From: a virus
Taxonomy: Duplodnaviria; Caudoviricetes
DNA length: 62,764 bases
Strand: one strand, 5' to 3'
IMG/VR virus record: IMGVR_UViG_3300003868_000001
Coordinates: 1-62,764 of that record
In this document: piece after piece, positions 45,630-56,900 of the stretch
Numbering within the stretch: the stretch's first letter is position 1
How the letters are laid out: every line of letters starts with the position of its first letter
Notes under the pieces: generated by a model
What the model saw: the letters and a program-made list of their open reading frames with translations, nothing else
What the model was told of the DNA's origin: nothing
The model's database searches: none
Program-made: the position numbers and the translations under genes

Positions 45630-45936
45630 TTTGTTCTCCCGTTACTTTGGAGTCGCGGGATCGATAGAACTCTACGAGAGCCTGATGACGTTCTCCGCAA
45701 GTGATGAGGTTTGCCCGATCACGAATCCAGAAGGTTTCGGTATCGGACTGTGTCAATATGCGATCAGGCAAGCGAACAGGCCGAGGGCAAACCTCGGTCA
45801 TAGAAACTGGAGGCGGGGCCAGCTTCGGCGGTTCAATCGACCCTATTGATGCGCCGCACCCCATCAAGAGAAATGGCAGGACGGAAAGCATCAGGGTCTG
45901 AAAGAGTTTCCCGCAAGAGTTGAGAAATGGTGACAT
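45622..45936 (-). CDS. o-spanin (Rz1-like lipoprotein)
   Basis: Lipobox LLMGC, Pro-rich, overlaps i-spanin 3' end; start may be 45891. Confidence 0.7.
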   Translation of the reverse strand: MSPFLNSCGKLFQTLMLSVLPFLLMGCGASIGSIEPPKLAPPPVSMTEVCPRPVRLPDRILTQSDTETFWIRDRANLITCGERHQALVEFYRSRDSKVTGEQID

Positions 45937-46174
45937 CTCTTTCCCGTATCAGTCGGCTCAGTTCGGCTTCCTTTTTACGAGCCTCCTCGAGAGCAATCCT
46001 GTTTGCTTCCCGAAGACGATCGCGTTCGTTCTGGATTGCAGTCTCATACTTCAGAGTCGTGTCTTCAACGCCATTGTTGTAGGCAACGTTCCGAACGTAG
46101 AGATACGCTCCCACGAGCGTAGCGATTATGATGATATACGGCAAAAAACGCCTGATTACAACCCATGGGAGCAT
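45833..46174 (-). CDS. i-spanin (Rz-like)
   Basis: N-terminal TM plus coiled coil; AAAGG RBS. Confidence 0.7.
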   Translation of the reverse strand: MLPWVVIRRFLPYIIIIATLVGAYLYVRNVAYNNGVEDTTLKYETAIQNERDRLREANRIALEEARKKEAELSRLIRERDVTISQLLRETLSDPDAFRPAISLDGVRRINRVD

Positions 46175-46195
46175 TAGACTACCTTTCTGAGAACA

Positions 46196-46305
46196 CTGTG
46201 GACGTGTTGGTTGCAAGCCCTTGGGCAATGGTGCCACCAGCGGCCCCGCAGGGCAGGGCAGGGGCACGCTTACCACCCCTTGCCGCTACCCTACCACCCG
46301 CCGCA
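46196..46305. repeat. 110-bp dispersed element, copy 2 (intergenic)
   Basis: Ungapped alignment with 31524-31633. Confidence 0.85.
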
Positions 46306-46358
46306 GCTAAACCGCGTCCCTGGACGTCCCTACGCATCGTTGAGTTTGCTTTCCACGT

Positions 46359-48818
46359 TTATTGTTGCAGGAAGAATGGATAAGAAGCGTAGTCAGCACT
46401 GACTTCAGCGTTCGTGAGGTCGTTCGCATATATTCTGATCTCTGCTGGGTTGCCAGCATACGAAGTCAAGTTGAAAGGAATGCTGTAAGTATAGACACCA
46501 GCACCCACAGTTCCTGACAGAGTGAAGTCTTTGGAACCATTCACGAAAACGTCGATGACGTAGCCTTCGCTCCAAGATGGAACTTCTGCTGCACCATCTT
46601 CGAAAGTGATGGTCGACTGATCAGGCTTGCGAGGAACCCAAGTGACACTCTTGGCGACCAACGTGATCAACGTCGGATTGTAGGAGCGAGCGCCATCAAG
46701 GAAGATGTTGCCAGGACGCAAGGGTCTCTTGTTGATGTTGTTCGCAGCCGAGATATTGATAACTGAGGGTGCAACCTCTTCAGGAATTTTGGTGGCACCA
46801 CCAGCCGTGTCCAGAAGACGAACGTTGTAATCGCTGGCTACGATGAAAGGAACGTTGCCTTCACCGAAAGCTTCCACAGGAACTGAATAAACCCTTGCGC
46901 CGATTGAGTGATCAGCAGGTCTGGTCCCGAACAAGCCACGATAGACGTTGCTGATTTCCCAGTTGTTGCTGCCAACATCGAGGGCAGTTTCAAAAGCCAT
47001 GAATTCGTTGTCAACCAGAAGAATGTTCTGGAAGCCAGACGTGATGTCGCCAACGAGTTTGGAAACGAATGGACCGACCACGGAATTCAGCTGGAGACCA
47101 ACGGTGTCTTTACCAGTGACAAACCCAGCGGAAGCAAGATAGGCACTCGTGAGAGAACCAGAGCCTTGATAGAAGATAGAGCCGGGTTCCAGCGAACCAT
47201 CAGCAACAGCTTCGCCGGGTTCAGCAACATGAACAGAGTACGCCGCAGAAGCATTCGCAGGACGAGCAGCAACAGCGAGGATCGCATAGGCTGTTCTTGG
47301 GATAGGGTTCGTCAGCTTGAGCGAGAAGAAGCGCGGCATTTGAACGATGCGTGACAGAACGATGTTCGCCGGGCTGTAGGTGACGTTGACCCAGCCTGAT
47401 CCTTCAGGAGTTGCGAATACAACGTCGCTCAAGGCGAACTTGTCTTGGATTGCTTCAACGACGATTTGACCCTTGGTGAGAGAACCAAGATCGAAACGCT
47501 GAACTCGCATCACCATGTCAACGATACCGTAGTCCGGCCACGAGAAGCGGAAAGGCGAGCCGGGCCGAAGCCGGTTGGCGTTTCTGTTCAACTCGAGTGT
47601 TGCCCTGAACAAAGGAACCGAACGCTGTGAACGTTCACGAGACGCGATCTGGTTTGCCAGTGTGGGTTCATAAACGAACGGGAAGCCCAAGGTAGTGGAG
47701 CGAAGGCGACCGATCGTTGCGACAACTGCCATGTCTTGTGAGATAGCGACAGCTTCGCTTTCGGCGTCCCGCTGCGGGAATGTGACTTTCACTTGGGCTT
47801 GAACTTCGTCCCACGACGTGCGAGTGAAGCTCTTGACATCGACAATATCATTCTCGTCAAAGACCGGAAGATCATCAATGTCATAGTCATCGCGGATCAG
47901 CGAGATCGTAACCTTGCCGCTTTCAGGGTCTTGATACATGAACCCATCGATTTGACGCAACAACTCAGTGATAAGACGCTTGCCATCAGACTCGCTGGTC
48001 ACGACGATAGAGCAGCCGTTCTGTTCTGCATGAAGAACGGTGCCCACAGTCTGCAGAGCCAGCACATCAATATCACCGACGCTGACACCGAGGCCGCGCC
48101 ATTGGTCAGTCAGGATTTGGAAAATCGCCTCAGCGACGTTCATGTCCTTGCCGCCGTTACAGGTTCCACTGTCCGGCAGACCGAGAGCATTCGTGTAGCT
48201 TTCAAGAACGAAAGCAATCTTACGAAGCTGAGCACTTTCGCCGATGTAGGCTTTGTTGAATACGATGTGACACATGCCGTTGTAAGCAGGGGTATTCCCC
48301 GCTCCGACTTGAGACTCTACATACGCATCAACACTCTGGGTGAAATCACCGCCGTAGAAAGTTCCGGTGCTGGACCAGCCTCCGCCGCTCTTGTAGCCGC
48401 CGAACAGATCGCCTTTGGAGACGTTGATGACGACTTCATTCACACCAGCCGTGTCGCCAGTCCATGCCAGTTCATCATCGATGTAGATCTCACGAAGATC
48501 AACGCTGGGGCCGAGGCACAAGCCAAGATCGATGCCGAGATAGTACGAATGGCCGACGGTCACACGCTTCGAGCTGAACAGACCAGTCTTGACTTTCTCA
48601 GTGATAGGAACAGCCTCGAAGTCTCCATACCAAAGAGTGTTCGGACCATTCATTCGCACCTGCCCAAGGACGAGAGGAATGGGCGCATTCTCCGTCGCTC
48701 TTGGGAAAGACGCATCGTCGAGTTGATCAGCCCTCGCGTTCTCGAACTCAGGCTTGGGGGCAAGCAGAGCCGTGATGATAAACGAGATGAAGAATAGCGC
48801 GAGGGTGAACCAAATCAT
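46359..48818 (-). CDS. Tail tip / host-specificity protein (Phage-tail_3-like)
   Basis: FPRA.E..PIP.V.G...WYGD; LRPG..F...P.YG; RG..GT.PA.H. Confidence 0.8.
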   Translation of the reverse strand: MIWFTLALFFISFIITALLAPKPEFENARADQLDDASFPRATENAPIPLVLGQVRMNGPNTLWYGDFEAVPITEKVKTGLFSSKRVTVGHSYYLGIDLGLCLGPSVDLREIYIDDELAWTGDTAGVNEVVINVSKGDLFGGYKSGGGWSSTGTFYGGDFTQSVDAYVESQVGAGNTPAYNGMCHIVFNKAYIGESAQLRKIAFVLESYTNALGLPDSGTCNGGKDMNVAEAIFQILTDQWRGLGVSVGDIDVLALQTVGTVLHAEQNGCSIVVTSESDGKRLITELLRQIDGFMYQDPESGKVTISLIRDDYDIDDLPVFDENDIVDVKSFTRTSWDEVQAQVKVTFPQRDAESEAVAISQDMAVVATIGRLRSTTLGFPFVYEPTLANQIASRERSQRSVPLFRATLELNRNANRLRPGSPFRFSWPDYGIVDMVMRVQRFDLGSLTKGQIVVEAIQDKFALSDVVFATPEGSGWVNVTYSPANIVLSRIVQMPRFFSLKLTNPIPRTAYAILAVAARPANASAAYSVHVAEPGEAVADGSLEPGSIFYQGSGSLTSAYLASAGFVTGKDTVGLQLNSVVGPFVSKLVGDITSGFQNILLVDNEFMAFETALDVGSNNWEISNVYRGLFGTRPADHSIGARVYSVPVEAFGEGNVPFIVASDYNVRLLDTAGGATKIPEEVAPSVINISAANNINKRPLRPGNIFLDGARSYNPTLITLVAKSVTWVPRKPDQSTITFEDGAAEVPSWSEGYVIDVFVNGSKDFTLSGTVGAGVYTYSIPFNLTSYAGNPAEIRIYANDLTNAEVSADYASYPFFLQQ

Positions 48819-49618
48819 ATCTTGCTCGTGAATGGGTTTCTTGCCGGAACCAGCGGGGTTCCCCCGTAGCGTGGACCATTGCTGAACTTCGTCTTACACG
48901 TTGTGAAGCTATGGTCGCAACCCCTAAGTATCTCGACAGAGTCACCGAGAGAGATATTCGAGAACGGATAGGTGAGAGTGATGTCGCTGGCTGTCACACC
49001 AGTAATCATTCTGGACTCACCTGAAGACACCCGACGGACCATACCTGCGGCCAGATCGGCAAACAGATACGGGTTTGACCCCACTGTGATGATGTTGTTC
49101 AGGATACCAGAGACTGTCGTGGTGTGCTTGTTTCCAGACTCGAGAACCCCACAGCGAGTGTCATAAAGAATATGGTTGCAGGGAGCCTGATAGCGCGGCG
49201 TCGGGGCAGAGCCTGCCATGATGTACCCAAAGATGGCAGGGACCAGCAGCTTCGCGATCTGACCTTCAACTGTGAAAGATGTAACGCGGCCTTTCCACAG
49301 AAGCAGCGTATCATCGAGGTCGGTCTCATGAGCACGATAGATCTCACACACCAGAGAAGGCGGCGCTTGATCGTAGGCATATTCACGAACCAACGGATGC
49401 GTGAAAGGCATTGTCACTTCGAGCGCAAGCTGGCTTTCTTCTTGGGTTCCCACCTTGAGCGCATTTCTGTCGATGCTGACAGCGGTGTAGTTCTGCCCTC
49501 CAACAATCAAGTTCTTGTAGTAGCTGGTGAGGAAATAGTTGTTGTAGGTTCCAAGGAACCTGTAGACCTCGCGAGGCGCACCAGTCTGAATGCCAGTTTC
49601 TGAATCTTGATATGCCAT
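48815..49618 (-). CDS. Baseplate hub protein (DUF2163/BR0599-like)
   Basis: C.H.LYD..CG and GCDHSF.TC..KF.N...YGG.P.VP..NPF. Confidence 0.85.
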   Translation of the reverse strand: MAYQDSETGIQTGAPREVYRFLGTYNNYFLTSYYKNLIVGGQNYTAVSIDRNALKVGTQEESQLALEVTMPFTHPLVREYAYDQAPPSLVCEIYRAHETDLDDTLLLWKGRVTSFTVEGQIAKLLVPAIFGYIMAGSAPTPRYQAPCNHILYDTRCGVLESGNKHTTTVSGILNNIITVGSNPYLFADLAAGMVRRVSSGESRMITGVTASDITLTYPFSNISLGDSVEILRGCDHSFTTCKTKFSNGPRYGGTPLVPARNPFTSKI

Positions 49619-51345
49619 CAGTTGTGATCCGTTGTTGTGATGCCCCATGAGTACACCGTTTCACGATGCTCATGGCGGCGAGAAATTCTGTCAGAACCAC
49701 GGACTTTCAGCATGAAGCTGATAGTCTTGACGTCAGAGACGAGAGGATTGTCTGCAAGAGGAGGACTGAAGCTGAGATCGACCAAGCCATCAATATCACG
49801 AACAGAAGCCCCGACCACCTTGTGATAGCTTGGAGGAAGCTGGTCGTACTGGATCATGATGTATTGCCAAGTCGGATGGGGGAAGAACAACGAAGGATAG
49901 TTCACTTCATTGACAATCACCGTTCCTTCGAGAGGATCAGGTGTCGAGATACTTGCCAGCGTCAAGTCAGGGAACCAAGTCGGCATGAGCCATGCCTTCT
50001 GTCCACCGCGAACCTGATCGATGAATTCACGCATGTAGTCTTCGTCTTCAGAGTTGTCGTAGCGTTTGATCAACCACTGGCGATTACCTGCAATCGTTGG
50101 GTGAGGATCAGCTTTACGAAGGATAGTCTTGAGACCGACATCGAAGTCCATGATGTCAGCACGAAAACCGAATTGCTCATCAGCACTGATGAGAGGCCGC
50201 AGCTTCATGACGTTCAAGCCGTCAACTGTATCGATGCTGACAGAGGCTCCAGGACGCGGCAAAGCAGGCTGTGAGTAGCCTTCCGCTTTGATGCTCAGCT
50301 TACCTGTGATGGAATTCATTGTCAGACCAGAGCCATTCTGGATGACCATCGCATGGCAGGGATAGACATAGTTTCCAGTGTCAACGTCTTCACCCAAGGA
50401 AGAGCCAATGGTGACACCGTCCGTATAGATCACAGTCACAGCGGCAACAATAGCCTTCTGTGTCTTGATGTTGATGATGGCAATGCTTTCACCGACACGC
50501 ATTTGTGTTTTGGTCGAATCGAAGTACAGTCGGCTTGAGCCGATGAAGCTGGTCTGGGTGATGCGGGTCGCGTGCTGGTAGGCAGGGATGATAGCCTGCA
50601 AACCCATGTTCTTGTAGATGAGTTCATACTGCTCTTGACGCTGCTCGAGATCGATGATGTCAACGTCAAACTCGATGGTTCTGCGAGGATCACGACGCAA
50701 CGAGATACGCTGCTCGGTTCCATCATAAGCTGTGAGAACATCGGTGAGGAATTCCCACGTCTCTTGAACAGGCACATCAGGAATGAGGTTGAAGGTCTCA
50801 GAGACAGTTGCGAACAGATACAGGAAAGCGGAGCCGAGCGGAAACTCGAACTCGATGACTGCCTCGATGTTGGGCTCACCTATGCCGATTTGCAGGTTGA
50901 CCGTCTGATATTCAGCATCACGAATTGTGCTGATTGCAGGTGTCTTGTCAAAACTCAGAACATCAGAGCCAGTGACTGTGATTGCCTGATAGGTCTGCTG
51001 AACTGGAAATGTGTTCCAGATAATGAACGGAATGTCAGTGTTGACGAGAGGGTTTGCCAGCCGCAGTTCTTCAGGAATGACCCAGAAGCGGAAATGGAAA
51101 TCGAAAAGCTGGTCCGAAGTCATCAGGATCGGAAGCATGAACCCAGCCCAAGAAGTCTCGTCGACCGTGCTGATGCTTCCAAGATGAATTTCATCACCAC
51201 CGAAAGCAATGCTCTCGCTGGTGTTTAGAGAAGGATCTGCTCCTGGACCCTGCCTTGGGATTTGACTTCCGCTCAGAACAAGCAAATCACCTGCGGTTCC
51301 AGTGGACCACAAGGCAACGCTTTGTCCTTCCATGATGATAGCCAT
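49618..51345 (-). CDS. Distal tail / virion structural protein
   Basis: E.WEFLTDV....DG.EQRI.LR..PRR; W.PTW; tail-module position. Confidence 0.7.
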   Translation of the reverse strand: MAIIMEGQSVALWSTGTAGDLLVLSGSQIPRQGPGADPSLNTSESIAFGGDEIHLGSISTVDETSWAGFMLPILMTSDQLFDFHFRFWVIPEELRLANPLVNTDIPFIIWNTFPVQQTYQAITVTGSDVLSFDKTPAISTIRDAEYQTVNLQIGIGEPNIEAVIEFEFPLGSAFLYLFATVSETFNLIPDVPVQETWEFLTDVLTAYDGTEQRISLRRDPRRTIEFDVDIIDLEQRQEQYELIYKNMGLQAIIPAYQHATRITQTSFIGSSRLYFDSTKTQMRVGESIAIINIKTQKAIVAAVTVIYTDGVTIGSSLGEDVDTGNYVYPCHAMVIQNGSGLTMNSITGKLSIKAEGYSQPALPRPGASVSIDTVDGLNVMKLRPLISADEQFGFRADIMDFDVGLKTILRKADPHPTIAGNRQWLIKRYDNSEDEDYMREFIDQVRGGQKAWLMPTWFPDLTLASISTPDPLEGTVIVNEVNYPSLFFPHPTWQYIMIQYDQLPPSYHKVVGASVRDIDGLVDLSFSPPLADNPLVSDVKTISFMLKVRGSDRISRRHEHRETVYSWGITTTDHN

Positions 51346-52403
51346 TACGGAACTTTCTTGTAAGCATAACCAGAGCGACCGCTGCTCACAGTATCAAGGA
51401 TCATCATTTGTGTCCAAGGTGTTGAACGCAACATGGGAAAGATCATCCAATCATCAGTCGAATAAGTGACGATGTCTTGAGGATTGTAGCCTTCCATTCC
51501 ACACATGCGAACATTCGGAAACGCCCCGACGTACATCATCTGTGAAGTTGTGAGAAGACCTTGAATGATGAAGAAGGGAAGCGAAGTCATGCTGATCGCG
51601 CCAGAATATGGCTGCGGCAAAGCAAGCTGACACCATGTAGCCCAGCGAGTGACCATGTTGGTCCTGTTCGCAGGAGTGATAAAGCTGATTGCTGAATATC
51701 CTTGGGAGATGGTGTCCATGACATCACCTCGACCATTGAGGGTATTGACAGTCGGCCAACCTGCACCCGGAAGAGGACTTACAGTCGGATCAATGATGTA
51801 GACCAGATTGTTGTAGTTGTAGACTTGTGTATAGGTGTAACGAGTCGTTCCCGAGAAAGCATGAAGAAGCTGGCCGTACATGCCGCCGTTCGAAGTGTTC
51901 CCTTGGTTTCCGAAAGAGTTGTTCACCGAATACCCTTGGTTCGGAGAAGCCGTCGCATAAGCGATCCCAGTGTGGGTCATGCCCTGAAGATCAAGTTCGC
52001 CGAACGAGAAATGCCCGTAGCAATCGCCGTTCACTCCGTTGGAGAAGTTGTAAACAACGTGGATATAGTCGCACAGAGCGGGATCAGAGAAAATGTGCCA
52101 CGAAGTGAAAGTGTATTCCATGTTCGCAGCAACAGCCGAAGTCGCTGTAGCAGCGGCGTTCGCTGTAGCGCTCGCAGGTGAGGTGCCGATTGAGATGTTG
52201 ACATAACGAGCGGTCTTGCTCGCACCACCAAGGAAAGTTCTGTCGACTTCGCTTGCAGTGAACGTGGACCAATCAACACCGCGTACGACGCCCTTGTTGA
52301 TCGGCCAGTTGCCAGCAGTTGTGGTCCAGCCATCAGCGACGGCATGAGCGAGAACCGCAGCCATGAGAGCAACATAGTTGCCTGATCCGGTAGAGTAAGT
52401 CAT
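51345..52403 (-). CDS. Virion structural (tail) protein
   Basis: MTY.TG...L...A...GW; position after TMP. Confidence 0.7.
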   Translation of the reverse strand: MTYSTGSGNYVALMAAVLAHAVADGWTTTAGNWPINKGVVRGVDWSTFTASEVDRTFLGGASKTARYVNISIGTSPASATANAAATATSAVAANMEYTFTSWHIFSDPALCDYIHVVYNFSNGVNGDCYGHFSFGELDLQGMTHTGIAYATASPNQGYSVNNSFGNQGNTSNGGMYGQLLHAFSGTTRYTYTQVYNYNNLVYIIDPTVSPLPGAGWPTVNTLNGRGDVMDTISQGYSAISFITPANRTNMVTRWATWCQLALPQPYSGAISMTSLPFFIIQGLLTTSQMMYVGAFPNVRMCGMEGYNPQDIVTYSTDDWMIFPMLRSTPWTQMMILDTVSSGRSGYAYKKVP

Positions 52404-52406
52404 GGA

Positions 52407-53897
52407 TTAGTCCTCACGAATTGCGAACCAAGCAATGCCTTCACGGCGAGTGCGGTTCGGGAATACTCTGTAGTCTTGTCCACCGATCACAATCACTTGG
52501 GTTGGTGTCAGAGTTCCGCCGCTCGGAAGGGCGAAAACACCATCAAGAGAACCAATGTTTCCATATGTGAAATTCACGACTGTACAGGGGATCAATGGTA
52601 GATGACCCTGCACTGTTGGGATTGTGAATTCAAAGAAGTGACCTGGAGTATAGTCGTTGAAGTCTGAGAACATTGCTTCCGGCCAGACAAGACCGATTGT
52701 GTTTTTCCCAGCGTGATATGGAAACATCCAAGTCGTAGGTTCTTGGATATACAGGTTCGAAGCGTTGTTGTCAGGACGGTTTCCAGGAGTGATGATCGAT
52801 CCATCCCAAAGACGAACAGAAGCCGCATTCAGTCCAGGATCAGCGCAGCTTGACAAGCGAGCGTTTGAGCTGACCGAAGAATAGGTAGTGGCGTCCGGCA
52901 TTGTTGAAAAGACACCAAGCGGGAATGGATAATCATCAGGAGTTGCGAAGGCACTCATGAAACCGAGATAGGTCGAAGTGTAGTCCTGAGCGCCCGAACG
53001 AGTGACGAGGATAATCCGCTTGGAGTTGGAATACAACCAATAGGTGATTGTTCCTGCATCCATCAGATGAGTTCGACTGGCCCCAGAATTTCCGTCTTGA
53101 GCATTCCATGGCAAGATCGCAGCATTGTAGCCGATTGAGAAATCCATCTCAATCTCATGCGTCGCAGCCAAGGGGCGGCATTGCCCTCTCATGTGAATGT
53201 ACACACGACGAGCAGCATCATAGCCTGGACCCTGCCAGATGAAATAGTCCTCAGAGAAATCACGAAAATCACTGATGCTGAAATCAGAGTCGAGAGTGAA
53301 GTTCTCATTTCGACCAGACCGACGAGGCACAGTACCAGAGACGTGACGAGCAGCAACAGTTCCGTCGGTGATGGTGAACGTCTTGAATTCGCTGGCCGTC
53401 CATACGATACCAGAGTATTCTTGAAGAGTTGTCCAGGTCAGATTGTCGTTGGACCACTGGAACGCGAAGTTCCTTGGGCTGTTCGCCAGAGTGCTGTAGC
53501 CACGAACATAGAATTCACGAACGATAGTTGGCGCACCGAAATCATAGGTAACAGTCCAGACTTGATCCTCGATATCAGCAGATCTCAGCAGACCACCAGC
53601 CGCCATCAAAGAAGCGGTGCCAGTACCAGCGCTCGAAGTCGAGAAGTTTGCACCGACAGTCGCGACGTTCGCACCACCGATAGCAGTCCTCATGTTCAGA
53701 AGCTGCAGACCACGAAAGTCAATGGTCGTGGTGCCACTTTCCCAAACCAACATTCTCCAGTAGCGAGCCGCTTTCGGAGAGGCACAGGCGAGATCTGTTT
53801 CACCACGAAGTTTCGTCCAGCCATTTGCGACCAGATGAGCATTGATAGCAGCGAGAAGAGCCGAAGGAGAAGCCGCTGTTCCGGTTGTGAAAGGCAT
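52407..53897 (-). CDS. Virion structural (tail) protein with discoidin-like insert
   Basis: PR.F.FQWSND...WTT F5/8C-like motif; position after TMP. Confidence 0.7.
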   Translation of the reverse strand: MPFTTGTAASPSALLAAINAHLVANGWTKLRGETDLACASPKAARYWRMLVWESGTTTIDFRGLQLLNMRTAIGGANVATVGANFSTSSAGTGTASLMAAGGLLRSADIEDQVWTVTYDFGAPTIVREFYVRGYSTLANSPRNFAFQWSNDNLTWTTLQEYSGIVWTASEFKTFTITDGTVAARHVSGTVPRRSGRNENFTLDSDFSISDFRDFSEDYFIWQGPGYDAARRVYIHMRGQCRPLAATHEIEMDFSIGYNAAILPWNAQDGNSGASRTHLMDAGTITYWLYSNSKRIILVTRSGAQDYTSTYLGFMSAFATPDDYPFPLGVFSTMPDATTYSSVSSNARLSSCADPGLNAASVRLWDGSIITPGNRPDNNASNLYIQEPTTWMFPYHAGKNTIGLVWPEAMFSDFNDYTPGHFFEFTIPTVQGHLPLIPCTVVNFTYGNIGSLDGVFALPSGGTLTPTQVIVIGGQDYRVFPNRTRREGIAWFAIRED

Positions 53898-53906
53898 TTG
53901 CTTTCC

Positions 53907-56900
53907 TTACGACTGCGCGATCTGTTTGACCGTCGAAGAGTTTCGTTGCAGAATGTTGATGATCTGAGTGTCTCCACCAGTATCGAACACCCCGATGATA
54001 TCATTCGGGCTCAGAACAGCCGCAATGTTGACAGGAGGAGATTGAACGATTGTGGTGCCACCGCCTTCTCCCTTCCCGTTCTTTTGAGCATTCTGCTGAC
54101 CCGGTGTAAGTATGTCTACACGCTCATCAGGTCTCTTGGCAAATGCTACCACTTGCGAGTCGGTTGACCCTGGACCAGATGGAAGAATTGAGCCACCAGT
54201 CGCAAAACCGAGACCACCACCGCCACCACCAAGACCAGCGCCGGGAATGCCCAAGAAGCCACCGAGGAAGGACAGCAGGAGACGCTGCGCTGCCAGCTTG
54301 AGAAGCTGAGCGAACAAGTCTGCGAAGAACGCACGAATATTCAGCTTACCTGTTTTGGCAAACTCTACGATTGCATCTGCGGCCTTACCAGCCGCACCGA
54401 CCACCACACCACCGAGTGCCTCACCAAACTCACCAGCAGACTGGATGCTTCCTGCGATAGCAGCCCTGAAACCACCGCCGATCGTGTTGGCAGCTTTGTC
54501 CGCGTTGATCTGAAGTTCACGAAGTTTGGTGTTGTAGTTCTCGAGATTGATCGCGCCTTCTGCGAACAGTTGGTTCAATGCAGCTTGCCCGATTTGCAGG
54601 GCTTCCTGAGGTCCCCTGATTTCTTCGAGAATGGAACCATAAGCCTTCGAGATTTCCAGAAGCTGAACAGCCGTTGCGACCTGCTCTTTCTCGGTAGCAG
54701 ACAAGTCACGCTTCAGAGTTTTCTCGATAGCGAGGATCTGATTGTTGATCTCTTTCTGCAGACCGTACTGCTTCTCGAGCTCGATCTTTTGTTGGATCTC
54801 AGCCAGTTCTTGAGCGAAGCTTTTCTCGTTGGCTCCACCAGCACCCCCGCCTCCACCAGCACCAGCGCCAGGACCACCTGGATTTGTACCAGCGAGATCT
54901 TCCAACGCTCCTGCCTTGGGCGGCTCGTTTGCGATGTTCTGACGAGCACGATCGATGATAGCGTCACCAACAGGAGCCAGCGCATTCGCGATGCCCGTTC
55001 CAATGTTGGCGATCTTGCCACCTTCGTAGACTTTGTTGAACCCGTTGATGAAAGCGTCGCCAGCTTCTACACCAGCATCAGCCGCCGCACCAGTGAAGCG
55101 AGGCAGAGTGACTTCAGAAAGTTCAGAAAGCTGACCACTGAACCCAAAGAGTTCAGCAGCCTTTTCAGCACCAACGAAGCTGAGCAGCGCGTTCAAGGCT
55201 CTGATCACAGTGTTGATAGCTTTGATAGCACCGTTGGCGAATGCTTCGAAACCACCGATCAGAGCGTTGGCGATACCTGTCGCAACCGCAGCCGCTTGAC
55301 CGGGCAGTGCTTGGAAGGCTGCGATAACCCCAGCTACCACGCCGATAACCACGCGAGGAATGAACGTGAATGCGTCGATGATATTCTCAACAGCGTTGAA
55401 GAAAGCTGTCGAGATAACACCAGCCGCGTCCACAATGAAATCACGAGTTGCTGCAAGAGCATTCGAGATTGCATCCCAAACAGGACCAACGAATGGAGCG
55501 AGGGCTTCGAACAGAAGCTGGAATGCTGCGACTGTGGCGTCTTTGAAACTCACCACGCCATCAGCAGTGACCTTGATCTTGTCGCCCAAGGTGAAGAACA
55601 GGATAAGCAGAGCCGTGATCGCTGCAATAACAAGCCCGATCGGATTTGCCAGAAGCGCAGCAGAGAAGATACCGATCGCAGCAGTTGCACCCCGGATAAC
55701 ACCAGTGAGCAGCGGGAACGTAGCTGCCAGACGCACAAGGATGCCGCTCTGGGCGGCTGTAGCCCCTGCCAGACGCGTCCGTGCCGCAGCCTGTGCCGTC
55801 TCAGCCGCCGTGGTCTGGGCGGACAGTGCAACGCTTCTGCCAGTCGCGATATTGTTCGCGTTTTCAGCAGCCGTCAGGCGAATGGTCGCAGCCGTCAGGC
55901 GATCACGCGCTGCCTGCATACCGATGAACTGTCCAGTCGCCGTGGAACGAGCGCGGCCACCTTGGAACACCGCAGTCGCTTCAGCATATTCAGCCTGAGC
56001 ATTTCGCAGAGTTGCTCCGATTTGAACAGACCGAGTTTGAATGTTCGCGAGGCGAGCGCGGCTGTCAGCGAGAACAGCAGTCGTCGCGGCCACTTGGCTC
56101 GTTGCAGAAGCGACTTGGATCGAGGCGTAGCGGGCAATCGCAGCACCAGCGCGGGTGAAGCCAGCCGCATATCCATTGATGGTCGCAAGCACCGAAGCGC
56201 CAAAGGACAGAGCAAAGCCACCAGCAACCAGAGCCAGAGCAGCGACAATGAAATCGATGTTCTCAGATACGACGATGATCGCTTTGGCAAGTTTCGCACT
56301 TGCACCAGTCGCATCATCAAAGTCATCGATAAATTTCAAGATGTTGTTTCGGGCGACGTTGAACGCTTGTTCAATCGTCGGATTGGTTTCTGCGAACAGA
56401 GCATCAACGCCGGACTGTGCAGCCTCAATCGCCTTGAACACTATGTCAGCAGTCAGCTTGCCTTCGGTGCCGAGTTCACGCAGCGTACCCCGAGTGACCT
56501 TGCCGAATTGACCAGTCTTGTTCAGGTAGTCAACGAGAATGTCAGCAACGAAAGGAAGCTGTTCGAGAACGGACCGAAGTTCGTCACCAGACAGACGGTC
56601 AGATGCAAGACCCTGTCCAAGCTGGATCAGTGCTGCGTTCGCTTCTTGGGCAGAGGCACCCGAGATAACAGCCGCTTTCTGCAGCGTTTCAGTGACCGCG
56701 ATAACTTGCTCTTGACTGGCCCCGAGGTTACGAGCCGAGAGCGCGATACGGCTGTAGATGGATGCCGTCGCTTCAACCGCCGAACGAGAACGGTTCGCAG
56801 ACTCGAACAGCTTGCTCTGCACCGCTTCCAAGTTCGCCGTACTGTTGGAAGTCAGACGCAGTTTGTTTTCCATGTTCGTGAGAGCGTCAGTCATCTTAGC

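Noticed and set aside
8029-46263. GGGCAGGG as FtsK KOPS, or G-quadruplexes, as the explanation of the islands
   Set aside because: Matches exist, but no dif/Xer system or clear polarity was seen, several islands lack the full octamer or four G-runs, and neither idea explains TC/GA absence; kept only as alternatives
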